From positions 1-45,281 of IMG/VR virus record IMGVR_UViG_3300017783_000051: a DNA stretch of 45,281 bases; one strand, given 5' to 3'. Position 1 is the first letter of the stretch; every line of letters begins with the position of its first letter. A model generated the notes under the pieces. That model ran no database searches. It was given only the letters and a program-made list of their open reading frames with translations, and had not been told where the DNA came from. A program made the position numbers and the translations under genes. Source of the stretch: a virus (lineage: Duplodnaviria; Caudoviricetes). Below are positions 26,701 to 36,800 of this stretch, in pieces.

Positions 26701-29700
26701 CTGATGTGAAATTTAACTCTTCAGCAGATGTATCGTATGGTATAGTATCAACATCTCCAGACCAAGTTGAATTTTCTAGTGGTGGTAAACCTGCAGGTAG
26801 AACAATTAGTCCACTTGCATTACCATATTCATCTGTAACAATAGATCCATTGAAAGCAGATAGAGAATTACCAGCAATACCAGTAAATCTCAAATCAGGA
26901 TTTACCCAACGAGAAATATCTCTTCCTTCAAGGAAGACATAAACTCTTGTATTTGGTTTCATTCTGCCAATATTAAACTTGACAGGAACACTTCTAGCAA
27001 AGAATGATAGAGACGTTCCTACGATACTATTTCCAACACTCTTTGTCTGTAGACCTTTACCAACTTCATTGTTTTGTGGACTAATGTTTGAAGAACTTCC
27101 TACAGATGCAGAAGATACAGTAGTATTTGCAGAACGACTATTTACTTCACCAAGAGAATTAATAGTTGTAAACGAACTAGATGCACCAACCCAGTTAATA
27201 ACAAAAGAGTTATGTAAACTAGATAAACTTTCTTTTACATCTGCCTTTGCTAAGAAAATATTGAACAGATCAGTGTTAGTATCTACAACTACAGGTTCAA
27301 CACTTTGATCATACCATTGATCAATTGAAGGTGAAAGTCCACTATCACCAACGTATTGAAGAACAACAAATGGATTTGGATTTACTTTAGAAGAAGCAAA
27401 ACTATTACCCAACAAAGAAAGATGCTTATATGGCAACGTAATCATGTTACCAGTTTTCTTATATCCAGAAACAGTTCTTTGATCTTCTCTGATATTTACT
27501 TCTGTTAAAGTAATAGAATCTTCTTTTGATTGTGGTCTTAGTACAGATTGTTGTGAATCAATAGCACACCTGTAATCTAGAGATCTGAGATTACCTACTT
27601 TATGTGCTTCAAAGTTATCAACAAAAAATCCAGATTTAAATCTATCAAGTCCAATCTCATCCTTAACTTGCATATTAAGAGCTTGCTGCTCTAGGATGCT
27701 AAGTGTGGTATAATACTCAAGACGTTCAATACGCTTCTCTAGTTTACCGATGTCACGCATTGTGTAACGACGGTTATCAACTGGATTAACCCTTACATCT
27801 TTACTGGTAGTAGTAAATGCGGGAACGTAAGCATAGAATAGAGGTACAGCATCCTCGATAGGATCTGGTTTGGATGGATTAAGAGAAGAGTTACCTTCCT
27901 TAACGATAAAGTTTCCTCTCTTATCTAAGAAGATACCATCAATACGATCTAGATACTGCTTCTGACTAAAGGAGAATGTAAACTCTAGATTTCTATCTGG
28001 AGCAGGAGTGCTAGTAATAACGGCACCAGCACCAGCAAAAGATCCTTCTGTGACTTCTAAAGATGATGTATCAAGGAAACCAGGAATAATTGCTTTACTA
28101 TCTACTTTTGGTCTAAAGTCAATAACATTCTTAAGTTCTGTAATACCTAGAACAGAAGAGTCAAAAGATGGAATTTCATCTTCAGGAATTCCTGCTTCAT
28201 GTAGATAACTATCAATAGTGCAGAAGTCACCCTGAGAATGCTCAAAGTAATCGAAAGCAATGACAAGTTGACCTGTAGTTGCTTCAAATCCAGGTTTTAA
28301 AACAATACGAGAAACATCATAGATTGTATCTCTCTGTCCACTATCAAACGAATATCTGCTGGTTACATCCGTTCCAGAAATTAGGTTTCCAGCAGTATCA
28401 ATTTGTGGTGGTTGAGATGAAGTTCCTTCGTAGACATACTTGAGTTTAAATGCATCAGAGTATGATAGAATTTCTACAACCTCTGTATCGTAATCAGTAC
28501 CTCTTAAGGGTACAACACGGTCACCAGCAGATGTAACTGTAATTCTCTTATTCCTAACTACAGTTTTTAATCTTGGTTTTGCATTAGATACTTCTAACGT
28601 TGCCGTCAACTTAAGTTTAGGGAACGTTCCATTAGTAGGAATAGTTCCAAAATATGTTGATGGTAACTGTAAACTAATACTACCAGAAGTAAGACCACTA
28701 GCTGTATCTGTAGAAGAACTAACTTCCACAACATCATCTGCAATATAAATGATATCACCCTTTATAATATCAGGTGCATCACCAGGATCCAGAACAGTAA
28801 TAATATAATTTTCTTCACTAAACAGTGCAAATCTTTGTGTGCCAAATGGTAACTGCGCTGCAAACGTAATAATACCACCACCACTAGATGCTGTAGTTAC
28901 AAAATCTCTACGGAAGAAATACTTGATCTTAGTATCATCGTTACCAGCAGAAATTCTAGAAACTTGCTTACTTCCAGTTGGATATAGTAGTGTGCCACTT
29001 GTAGAATTGGATACCTTGGGACGCAATCTTACAATACTTGCATTTGTTACTGCTCCTGGTAAAGCAGTATCTAGATAGATTCTTGACTTATACGCACCTT
29101 CTTGTTTTGTACCATATTGTACAATTGCACGAACTAAATTGTTATCATCATCAGAGAACTGAACTAAGTCACCCTGTTGGATAGCTTTGGATGCATCAGC
29201 ACTGAAACTTGTAGATTCTAAGAATACAGATCCTTTTGATCCAAAGAAGGTGTAATCTGTTACGGTTTTAATTTCAGAATACTTCTGACTATCAACTACA
29301 ACATCGGCAGTAAATTTATTTTCTTTGCCTGCACCAAAACTACAACCAATAGATTTTACATTCTGTGGAGTGTAAGTAGTTACTGTATCTCTAAACAAAA
29401 TTGGTACAATACTTGCACCAGCACTTGCTGGTCCAGCAGCATCTGGATTCTTTGCAGTAACTGCAGGTGGTTGTGCATACTCAATATTAACAGCAGATCT
29501 GCTAGCTACGGATGCTTTATAAAGTTTACCATCTGCAGTTTTCTCTATATTAATTTTAGAGGAATCATATTCAAGACCATTAATTAATAGAGATACACCA
29601 TCTGCATATCCTAGTCCTCTGTTTGCAACAATAAAATGAGAGATAGTATTTTCTCTAGCAATTCTTACAGTATTGCCATCTTCATCTCTAATTGTTTCTC

Positions 29701-31840
29701 CAGACAAGAATCTACCAGATAATGTTGTAATAAACAATAGGTTACTGGTAGTATAGACACCTGCAGGTGTTCCTTCTACAACGCCATATGCTCCGCTTTC
29801 AACACCAAAAACATATTTACCTGCATCATATCCAGCAGGAATACTTTCTAAAATAATTTTGGTGTAAAACTGTGGGTCAAAATAAGAGAATCCAAACGTT
29901 GCATTGTATGCAGAAGTTCCTGCAGCTAATCTTCCTCTAGAAAGAACAATGTCAGAATCAGAGTTAAAACCAGAACCTCTATTTTGTAGCACAAAATTAC
30001 TAGGTTTTGCTTTACCAATGACAGGAGTAATTGTTGGTGAATAGTCAACAATAAATCCAAATTCATCAGAATCTGTTGCAGCTTCTGCTTCTGATAAGAA
30101 AATTTTTCTTAGGTAGGCAGGATCTGATAGATCATACTCAAGTAACAATAGTTCTAGTTCATCTTTACGCCCAGATATAGTCAATTCCAAATACTGAACT
30201 GACGGAGAAGAGTTGACTAAAGGTTTTGGTGTTGTTGAGAATGCTAGTGTTTTGAAAGATCCAATGGATGTTGGAGATCCTAAATCACTTCTTGTCTTGA
30301 TATAATACAAAGTTCCAAATGTAGTTTGGAACGTTGCATCAGATACAGCACCAATAAGTTGAGTTGTACTTGTAATTTGTAGGGTGATAGTTTTAACACC
30401 ATCGGTAGGATCAAAAGAAACACCTCTCCTATCGACAGTTTGCTTATGATCTGAAGTTAATTCAGTATCATTTAAACCAATAGAACCATCATTGAAGGTA
30501 GAATATAAAAATACATCAGGATATGCAGTTAAGTCAGATCCTTCTTTATTCAAAGGAACACTACCATATACATTAGTAATACTGTAAGATGGCAGACCTC
30601 TAGTTTTTAGAGTTACATTATCAGAAGATAAACTTTCTCTTGCTTTATTAATTTCTAGATACTTAGTTTCTTTGGTAACGATTTCATATCCTTTGATATA
30701 TGCTTTACCAGGACCGATACTAGCAACCATTTTCCTGGATGCTTCATCAGCGGTTAGATTATTGTAAAGACCAAAGTCATCTGCACCATAGAAACCTCTG
30801 TTTCCATCTTTTTGTGCCCACTCCCTAACATCAACATCAAATGTATCTACAACATAATCACCTGATTCATCAAAGGTTCTACGTGCTAGAGTTTGCTCAA
30901 TAACACTAAAATCTGTAGAAGATACTTTACTCTTTACTTGTCCCTTTGAAATGGTTAGTAATTGAATAAAGTTTTTATCTGTAATTGCATTTAGAGCAAA
31001 CTCTTTCAAACTCAAAGAGATTTTAAGTCGATGTGCTCCAGGTGCAGTGTAGTTAGAAGAACCAATTGCATTATCATATAGAGATACATCTTCTTCTGGA
31101 GATACAATCTCTTCTTTAATAGTAAAACCAACCTTTGCAGATGGTTTGTCGTAATATTCTTCAATGACCAATAGTTCTTGGTCACAGCGAACAAAATAAC
31201 CATTAACAAAGTAAATACCTTCTTCTACCTTAACGGCAGAACCAAATCCCATTGCAGGACTTTCTAATGAAGTAGTTTCATCAGTGTCTGGATTTGTTAC
31301 TTGAATACTAGTGGGTAGAACACTACCGTCAGTACCAACAACTAGAAGTGGTGTGTTGACACCATCAACAACTTCTAATGTTTCACCTTGACGGAATGTA
31401 GGTTCTGTATTAGAACTACCACTGTTAATGTAATTTACATATAGTGTGTCTGAAGTAGATTCTGTTGCTAATTTTGTAGCAAGAATTGTAGCTTTAACTC
31501 CAGAAGTTAAACCAATCAACTGTTGTCCGATTAATTGGGAGATATCATATTTTTTATATACAATATCATTTCCTTCATTGACAGCAACTTCAGAAACAGA
31601 TGATAGTTTAACATAATCTAATTTTGTGTTAAGACCAACCTCACCAGGGATAACTAATTCCCCCTGCTTGAAAGCATACTTACCAAAACTTTCAACCTGA
31701 TTCTGGAGAATAGATTGAACCTGGGTTAATTCTCTACCTTGAATTGAGTAACCAGGACGGAATAGGATTTTATAAAAATTCTTACTCGCATCAAAGTCCT
31801 CGTAGTAAGGGCTTACATTAAGGTTTGTCTTCTGTGGCAT
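23753..31840 (-). CDS. VrlC-like / DUF4815-domain large virion structural protein (2695 aa)
   Basis: Motifs NLNVSPYYEDFD..KNFYKILFRPG..IQGRELTQVQSILQNQ, APGAHRLKI, LARRTFDESGDY, RRYTMRDIGKLEKRIERLEYYT, DRFKSGFFVDNF and PLAQTF; follows gp8 as in cyanomyophages. Confidence 0.85.
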   Translation of the reverse strand: MPQKTNLNVSPYYEDFDASKNFYKILFRPGYSIQGRELTQVQSILQNQVESFGKYAFKQGELVIPGEVGLNTKLDYVKLSSVSEVAVNEGNDIVYKKYDISQLIGQQLIGLTSGVKATILATKLATESTSDTLYVNYINSGSSNTEPTFRQGETLEVVDGVNTPLLVVGTDGSVLPTSIQVTNPDTDETTSLESPAMGFGSAVKVEEGIYFVNGYFVRCDQELLVIEEYYDKPSAKVGFTIKEEIVSPEEDVSLYDNAIGSSNYTAPGAHRLKISLSLKEFALNAITDKNFIQLLTISKGQVKSKVSSTDFSVIEQTLARRTFDESGDYVVDTFDVDVREWAQKDGNRGFYGADDFGLYNNLTADEASRKMVASIGPGKAYIKGYEIVTKETKYLEINKARESLSSDNVTLKTRGLPSYSITNVYGSVPLNKEGSDLTAYPDVFLYSTFNDGSIGLNDTELTSDHKQTVDRRGVSFDPTDGVKTITLQITSTTQLIGAVSDATFQTTFGTLYYIKTRSDLGSPTSIGSFKTLAFSTTPKPLVNSSPSVQYLELTISGRKDELELLLLEYDLSDPAYLRKIFLSEAEAATDSDEFGFIVDYSPTITPVIGKAKPSNFVLQNRGSGFNSDSDIVLSRGRLAAGTSAYNATFGFSYFDPQFYTKIILESIPAGYDAGKYVFGVESGAYGVVEGTPAGVYTTSNLLFITTLSGRFLSGETIRDEDGNTVRIARENTISHFIVANRGLGYADGVSLLINGLEYDSSKINIEKTADGKLYKASVASRSAVNIEYAQPPAVTAKNPDAAGPASAGASIVPILFRDTVTTYTPQNVKSIGCSFGAGKENKFTADVVVDSQKYSEIKTVTDYTFFGSKGSVFLESTSFSADASKAIQQGDLVQFSDDDNNLVRAIVQYGTKQEGAYKSRIYLDTALPGAVTNASIVRLRPKVSNSTSGTLLYPTGSKQVSRISAGNDDTKIKYFFRRDFVTTASSGGGIITFAAQLPFGTQRFALFSEENYIITVLDPGDAPDIIKGDIIYIADDVVEVSSSTDTASGLTSGSISLQLPSTYFGTIPTNGTFPKLKLTATLEVSNAKPRLKTVVRNKRITVTSAGDRVVPLRGTDYDTEVVEILSYSDAFKLKYVYEGTSSQPPQIDTAGNLISGTDVTSRYSFDSGQRDTIYDVSRIVLKPGFEATTGQLVIAFDYFEHSQGDFCTIDSYLHEAGIPEDEIPSFDSSVLGITELKNVIDFRPKVDSKAIIPGFLDTSSLEVTEGSFAGAGAVITSTPAPDRNLEFTFSFSQKQYLDRIDGIFLDKRGNFIVKEGNSSLNPSKPDPIEDAVPLFYAYVPAFTTTSKDVRVNPVDNRRYTMRDIGKLEKRIERLEYYTTLSILEQQALNMQVKDEIGLDRFKSGFFVDNFEAHKVGNLRSLDYRCAIDSQQSVLRPQSKEDSITLTEVNIREDQRTVSGYKKTGNMITLPYKHLSLLGNSFASSKVNPNPFVVLQYVGDSGLSPSIDQWYDQSVEPVVVDTNTDLFNIFLAKADVKESLSSLHNSFVINWVGASSSFTTINSLGEVNSRSANTTVSSASVGSSSNISPQNNEVGKGLQTKSVGNSIVGTSLSFFARSVPVKFNIGRMKPNTRVYVFLEGRDISRWVNPDLRFTGIAGNSLSAFNGSIVTDEYGNASGLIVLPAGLPPLENSTWSGDVDTIPYDTSAEELNFTSGTLTFRFTSSSTNEDKLGVDTYTEVKYYATGILPENPPSIVSTKPSIFKSNEGVQLIESNTDNPVRPNPLAQTFKVENLEGGCFITGVDLYFSKKSTNVPIKTYITNVDAEKPAKNIIPGSEKTLSPTTILKCFASGNMSVLKGESVTGASSAASGPILKIFDKNNVELVATASGRYSLTNEQVYTVVLSNHNGRSFNQNEDLIIPSVTLANATDGTDFVLAVAKDSGKLSDIRITNTGLNYDSAILTIESPQLPGGSNATASIEVSGGRIYNAEISLSGFGYTEAPSVVIKGVGNGAGGCEIQTFIEIDTPAVRMGVAVDSGDATESTTPTHFAFDHPVYLQNDTEYALVVETDSIDYELWSSKLGETDIATSTVITTQPSLGSVYRSQNTESWTEDIFEDLKFTMYRAEFNTTRPAELLLKNISLGYELLNNNPFETNASANTNSTSKLFRNNNSILKVQHRDNGFETTGKSYVFYRTARETGGITDSILNNTLFKVSNSGVDVYTVSSAGQAAGNGVGGGDNVYATFNRKFETLYPQVSYLSFTGTTLSTEVKTTNVVPVDSSTTNYVSYSQDDYERTFLNEPHFFTNQKMIASDINETLNSLSDSLRYKMSLSSNVSHLSPMIDLSTATVKTVSNRIENAMGQEDRFGRRDQIIEFYPVYAFKLAGQNATEIQDNQTIKGVTTKATGTIARVDGDTVYVRVKTSQFFQKGETVTLGNQLSLTSVVVDSTPSQVLTTIDDAATIVARNPNIMLDTYDNVITGKATIWNSKTQKLTLRVDVHPINNSFTDKITDNVFYNRNAVTADQLPDIFRVGDFVKYPNQPDIENAYLEVGKVTYTNGLDFVAEDTSKNGSAAAKYVTKEVAISNPATAINVHLLANLKDISNVEVYYKYKRASSQENFDDIDWIYFNEKGEPDVFEIATSENTISGIVERQSAYQDLEYSVENLPEYSSFAIKIVMKGVDPAYVPKIQDIRAVAAF

Positions 31841-31876
31841 CGTTTTCCGCCAAATACTAGCATTCTTTGTCCTTAG

Positions 31877-31884
31877 TATTTATA
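31877..31884 (-). promoter_or_regulatory. T4-type late promoter TATAAATA for the VrlC-like gene
   Basis: Exact consensus just downstream of the terminator T-tract and upstream of the ATG at 31840. Confidence 0.8.
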
Positions 31885-31889
31885 GAGAT

Positions 31890-31922
31890 AAAAAAAATCC
31901 CCTGAGGTTTCTCAAGGGATTT
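31890..31922 (-). terminator. Rho-independent terminator after gp8
   Basis: Minus strand reads AAATCCCTTGAG-AAAC-CTCAGGGGATTT, a 12-bp stem including one G-U pair, whose 3' arm runs into a T8 tract. Confidence 0.8.
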
Positions 31923-31940
31923 GAAGTTATTTATTTGTGA

Positions 31941-33770
31941 TCAGAACTCGATGACTAGTTTGATGTCTTCAATCTGGTCAGGCGCACGAGTGATTAGTCG
32001 TCTGTTCTCAACATAGATGACGCTACCAGAGTTATTTTCGATTTCTGGATTAGCAAGACCACTTGCGAAAGTGGCACCTAGTAGTGGAGATCCAGTAGTA
32101 GTGTAGGAAGTGTCAACGTTACCAGAAGCAGTTGAAGTTTCGCCACTGACAGCATTGGAACCATTAGATTCAAAAGGTCTTACAATACCCTGATCTGTGT
32201 GCTCGTCATTAGTTTGGATGTACTTAAGAACACCAGCAGTTGTAGAACCAGTGTCTAGTGTCCAGGAAACAACTGTACCATATGCAGTACCACCAGTTAC
32301 AGTTTGTTGAATTTTTTCATCAACAGAGTAATCTGCATTAGCACTATTAATCTTCAACGCTCTTAGACCAGAACGAGTATCATTAGTTGCAAATGTTGTT
32401 GTTCCAAAGTCATATGGATCAGCAATGATGCCAATACGACGGAAGTCGTTATCAACAGGGAAGTCACCCTGACCTTCAGAATAAGTAAGGCGGATGTTAG
32501 TCATAACACGCTTACCATTGAGTTCTACCTCATGGTCAGAACCATGACCACCTTCAGGAGGTAGTACAATTTCAATAGCACCAACAGCAGAAGCACCAGT
32601 TGTGACTGCAGTGCTTAGACCAGCTTCCTCAAAGAGATTGCCGTTAGTTAGAAGAACATTAGCATAAGTGTAACCTGAACCACTTAAACCTGTTGCAATC
32701 TGTGCAGATGTAATAGTACCAGAACCATTAGTTACCAATTCTACAACAGCACCTGTTCCATCACCTTTAACACTAGTGTATAGAGTTTGTGATGCGGGAA
32801 GACCAGAACCAGCGTTCTCGATCAAAGCAACATCACAAGAACCGTCAGTAGCAAGAGCTACAGTTGCTTGTCTAGAAGCATTAGAAGGAAGAACGATTGG
32901 CATGAAGTCCGAAGAAAGGAACTTCAGTACATCATCAGTTGGGATGGTGTACATATACTTCCAAATGTAACCAGCACCAGTTGTTTCAGTGTAGATACCA
33001 GTAGCAGAAGCATAGTTAGCACCACCTGTGCTTGGTTCTTCAGTTGCGTTCTGTCCAGTGCTGTTAGAAGGATCTTCACCGTTGTAAAGACACTTAAATA
33101 CTTCATACTGAGAGTTCATTACATAGAACTTAGCATCAGCGATACTATTTTGACCTGTTGCGGTTTGCTTACCAATTTGACCACCGCCACCTGGAGTAGC
33201 AGAGTAGTCAGGCTTCCACATGTCGAACTTAGGGTTAGCAACTTGATCCCAGTTGTAACGACGGATAACAGTACGTGCAAATGCGTCAGTAATACGCTTA
33301 GCAGCGATCAACTCGTCATATAGTGCTCTCTTTTCTCTCTGATTGTCAAGAGGAAGGGGTGGAACGTCTTCTGTAGCGTAACGATATACGCCAGATACTG
33401 CTTCGGCACCTGTGTCGGATCCGCCAGCACCACCAGTTCTACCCTTTAGAGAAGAATTAATAGGAGGGGCAGAGTTAACACCGTTGCTACCAAAAACGTC
33501 GGTCAGAAGAAGGGCACTATCATAAACTGCAGAAACGGTGGCGCGGAAAGCAGTGGAACCATATGTTCCAATATAAACTTCGTTGCCTACGGCAAACGCC
33601 GTGGAATTTTTAGAGTGAACTTCTAGGTACGCTTTCCAAGGTTGTGGGCGACCCACAAAGAAATACATTCGAGAGCGTTCCGCACTGGTATCGTTAGGAC
33701 CTTCAGTAAGGGATTCTAGAAATTGCTTCGCGTTAAAGATGCGAAACTTATCAGAGATAATAGCAGCCAT
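31941..33770 (-). CDS. gp8: Baseplate wedge subunit gp8
   Basis: Motifs MAAIISDKFRIFNAKQF, FYVMNSQYEVFKCLYN, GYIWKYMYTI, GGHG, GDFPVDNDFRRIGII and YVENR..ITRA.DQIEDIKLVIEF; synteny after gp7. Confidence 0.9.
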   Translation of the reverse strand: MAAIISDKFRIFNAKQFLESLTEGPNDTSAERSRMYFFVGRPQPWKAYLEVHSKNSTAFAVGNEVYIGTYGSTAFRATVSAVYDSALLLTDVFGSNGVNSAPPINSSLKGRTGGAGGSDTGAEAVSGVYRYATEDVPPLPLDNQREKRALYDELIAAKRITDAFARTVIRRYNWDQVANPKFDMWKPDYSATPGGGGQIGKQTATGQNSIADAKFYVMNSQYEVFKCLYNGEDPSNSTGQNATEEPSTGGANYASATGIYTETTGAGYIWKYMYTIPTDDVLKFLSSDFMPIVLPSNASRQATVALATDGSCDVALIENAGSGLPASQTLYTSVKGDGTGAVVELVTNGSGTITSAQIATGLSGSGYTYANVLLTNGNLFEEAGLSTAVTTGASAVGAIEIVLPPEGGHGSDHEVELNGKRVMTNIRLTYSEGQGDFPVDNDFRRIGIIADPYDFGTTTFATNDTRSGLRALKINSANADYSVDEKIQQTVTGGTAYGTVVSWTLDTGSTTAGVLKYIQTNDEHTDQGIVRPFESNGSNAVSGETSTASGNVDTSYTTTGSPLLGATFASGLANPEIENNSGSVIYVENRRLITRAPDQIEDIKLVIEF

Positions 33771-33806
33771 TTGTTTTCTGTTCCGACGTAGGGTTTGTGC
33801 CTGAGT

Positions 33807-33830
33807 TATTTATATTTATACTCTATTTAG
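33807..33830 (-). promoter_or_regulatory. Triple tandem late promoter boxes upstream of gp8
   Basis: TATAAATA at 33807-33814 and 33813-33820 (overlapping), plus CTAAATA at 33824-33830 overlapping the gp7 stop codon. Confidence 0.78.
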
Positions 33831-36800
33831 AAAATTGCAAACGGAACTAACTCATGACCGTTAGCAATTGAGTTTGTACCTCTAATCAAGGTACATCCAG
33901 TGAATGATGTAGATGTTTTGCCAGTATACTTAATAACAGTCCCACCAGTAGTAAACAAGTATCCATCATTAGGGAAATAATTTGTATCTTGAACAATGAT
34001 GTTTCCACCAATTGTCCCTGCGGAGGAACTAATAGCAACAGGATTCTGGATAGATGGCGGCATTATATTGAATTTATCACCAGCTAATGTATAACTGGAA
34101 TCCGCTCTCTCTGTAAAATCTTCAATGGTTAAAGATCCAAAGTAGATATTCATTTCTTGGATTGTCAATCCAGAAACATTAGATGCACCATCATCGAAGA
34201 TACCATCAAAATGACTGATAGTATGTCCTGCATTAGTTTTGGTGTAGTTTCCAATATATTCAACAACTGATCCAGAAAGCAAGTTAGTAACAAGAGTTTC
34301 TGTTGAATCTCTCCTTACAGCATAATAATTACCACCAACGTCAATAAGATCAACTTCAGAATCATGTCCTCCATTTGTATTACCAGCTCTAACAGGAAGA
34401 GGATCTGTTAAGAACACTTCTTCTTCGTAACCATCAACCACACCACCTGGAGGTGTAAACAGTAGAACTTCTAACTGATTTTTTTGTAATATAAATTCAG
34501 TTTGAACTGTTTGCAATTCATTCCGAACAATTGTTTGGTTATGAACTGTTTGAGTCGATATAACATCATTTAAAGGAGTTTCTATAGTAGTCGCAACTCT
34601 GGTTGTTACTTCAGATATAGAATCTACAAATAATTGTTGTTGTAGATCAACTTCAATATCCGTAGAAACAATTACCGTTTGCCTATCGATTACAATTTGG
34701 TAGTTAGATCTTTGCTCAGTTCTTCCAGTTACTGCACCACCACTTACAGTTACCAACTGAGATGCAGATTCAATCTGAGCAACACCAACAGGAGCAACAG
34801 ATACAAGTTCTGGAATCTGTCGTAAGAATGTTCCTGCGGTCCAATCCTTTTCAGTAGTTCCTCTTCTTGCTCTAATAATATTAATAAACCTATCAGAGAG
34901 CTTCCTGTTGTAAGATACAACCTCATCTCCAATCAATAGGAAACCAGTTCCATAGAATTTAGATGTATCAGGAATATAAGCGATATAATCACCAATATTA
35001 AAGTCAACATCAAGATATGCGGCATTCTCAAAGTAGTTGACATTAGACAACGCATCATTGGGAATTAGATTCTGAATGGTGGTTGTAATTGCTTTACTTA
35101 CTGTAGAGATAGAATTAACAGTAATAATATCTTGAATTTCTGCAGAAACAACAGATGCATTATGTTGAATAAGTAATGCATTCTCAATAGGTTGTGTTTC
35201 AATAAAGAAACCAAGTTCAACAACTCCAGGTTGATCAGAATCACCTGGCATATCAAATCCATCACCAACTATATTAGATGTTGGTAATCCAGTTTGTCCT
35301 GTTTGAATTACTGCTTCAATATCACGATCAACGTCTGCTGGACTTTGTAAATCTACAGAAGAGTAAGAGTTGACACCAGCTAATCTGTTGCCTAAAATAT
35401 CAATAGTAGAAATTGCTGTCATTCCAGAAGTTTCTACATATGGATTGATAGCAACATTGATAATTGATACACCAATTTCTCTTTCAGATAGAATATCAAA
35501 CTGCCTAGTTGTAATAACTTTAGGAGCAGTAGTATATCCATTACCACCATCAATCAGATCAACACTGATTACTTGACCCTTACTTACTAGAACATTTGCT
35601 CTAGCACCACCACCATTACCGTCTAAAGATTCAAACTTAAGAACAGGTGGTGTGTAATACTGATATGCAGTAGGTTGTGTAATAGGATCATAACTACGCT
35701 GGTTCCATGTTAATTCAGTAACAGATCCATTCTCAATAGTAGCAACTACGGATAGACCTTCACCTCTCGTGATTCCAGTGTATCTTTCAACTGATATTGT
35801 ACCAAAAATATCATCAGTAGTTTGCTCTCCATCTCTACCATCCTTACTGGTAGCTTCCTGAGGCAACTGTTTAATATTTCTAAATCCTTCTTCTCCGTCT
35901 ACACGAATTTTGTCACCACTGGACAAATATACAAAAGGTTGTTTGTATGTCTTTCTGAAGAAAGTTCCATACCAAAGAGCATTGTCATCTCTAAGAAGTT
36001 TTCTGTTATATTCGTCTTTCTTGAATACAATAGAAACATTGGAAATATCACTATCGGTAATTGTATAAGTTCTAGTATACTTACCTTTTACAGCAAATAC
36101 ATAGTCCAAACCGTCGATGGGAACAGGGTTTTGACACTTAAGATTGAATTGTGCAGTTCCACCTGATTGTCCTCCATTTGAAAGTTCACCAATTACATTA
36201 TATGTTCCATCAGATTTTATTTGCCACACATGAATAGCAGAACCAATAGCATCTCCCATCCAAGAATACTTAAAGTATTCATCGAGAATTGATTGGGAAC
36301 TATCAAATGTAAATTCTCCTTGTGCAAAATACGTGTCTGGAGAATAATCATAGATGTTTAATACTTGTCCAACATCTCTACCGTAAAGATATCTAATGTC
36401 AATCTTCATTTCCTTTTTGATAGGAACATTGAAAGTAATGTTAGGACCAGCTACTGAATAAGAATATCCTTTTCTCTGTAAAACTCCATCCAAGAATACG
36501 TATAGAGCATCTTCTGCTTCAATACTTTGTACCGTGTAATCTTCTACATCTAAAATTAAGAAAGGACCATTCCTAACATCATTGACTAGATTATAATCAA
36601 TAGTAAGTCGTTTGTAATTACCAACTCCAATACCAACTACTTTTTCAACTGCCGTTGGTTCGCCAATAGTTTTTGCACCAATGTCTTGATCCCAAATGGG
36701 AGCAACATCAAATTTAATTAAGTTTGGAATTACAGTTCTATCAATAAAATATGAATCCTCTAGAGGATAACCTTGGGTAAACTTGGGTCTTTGTAAAACA

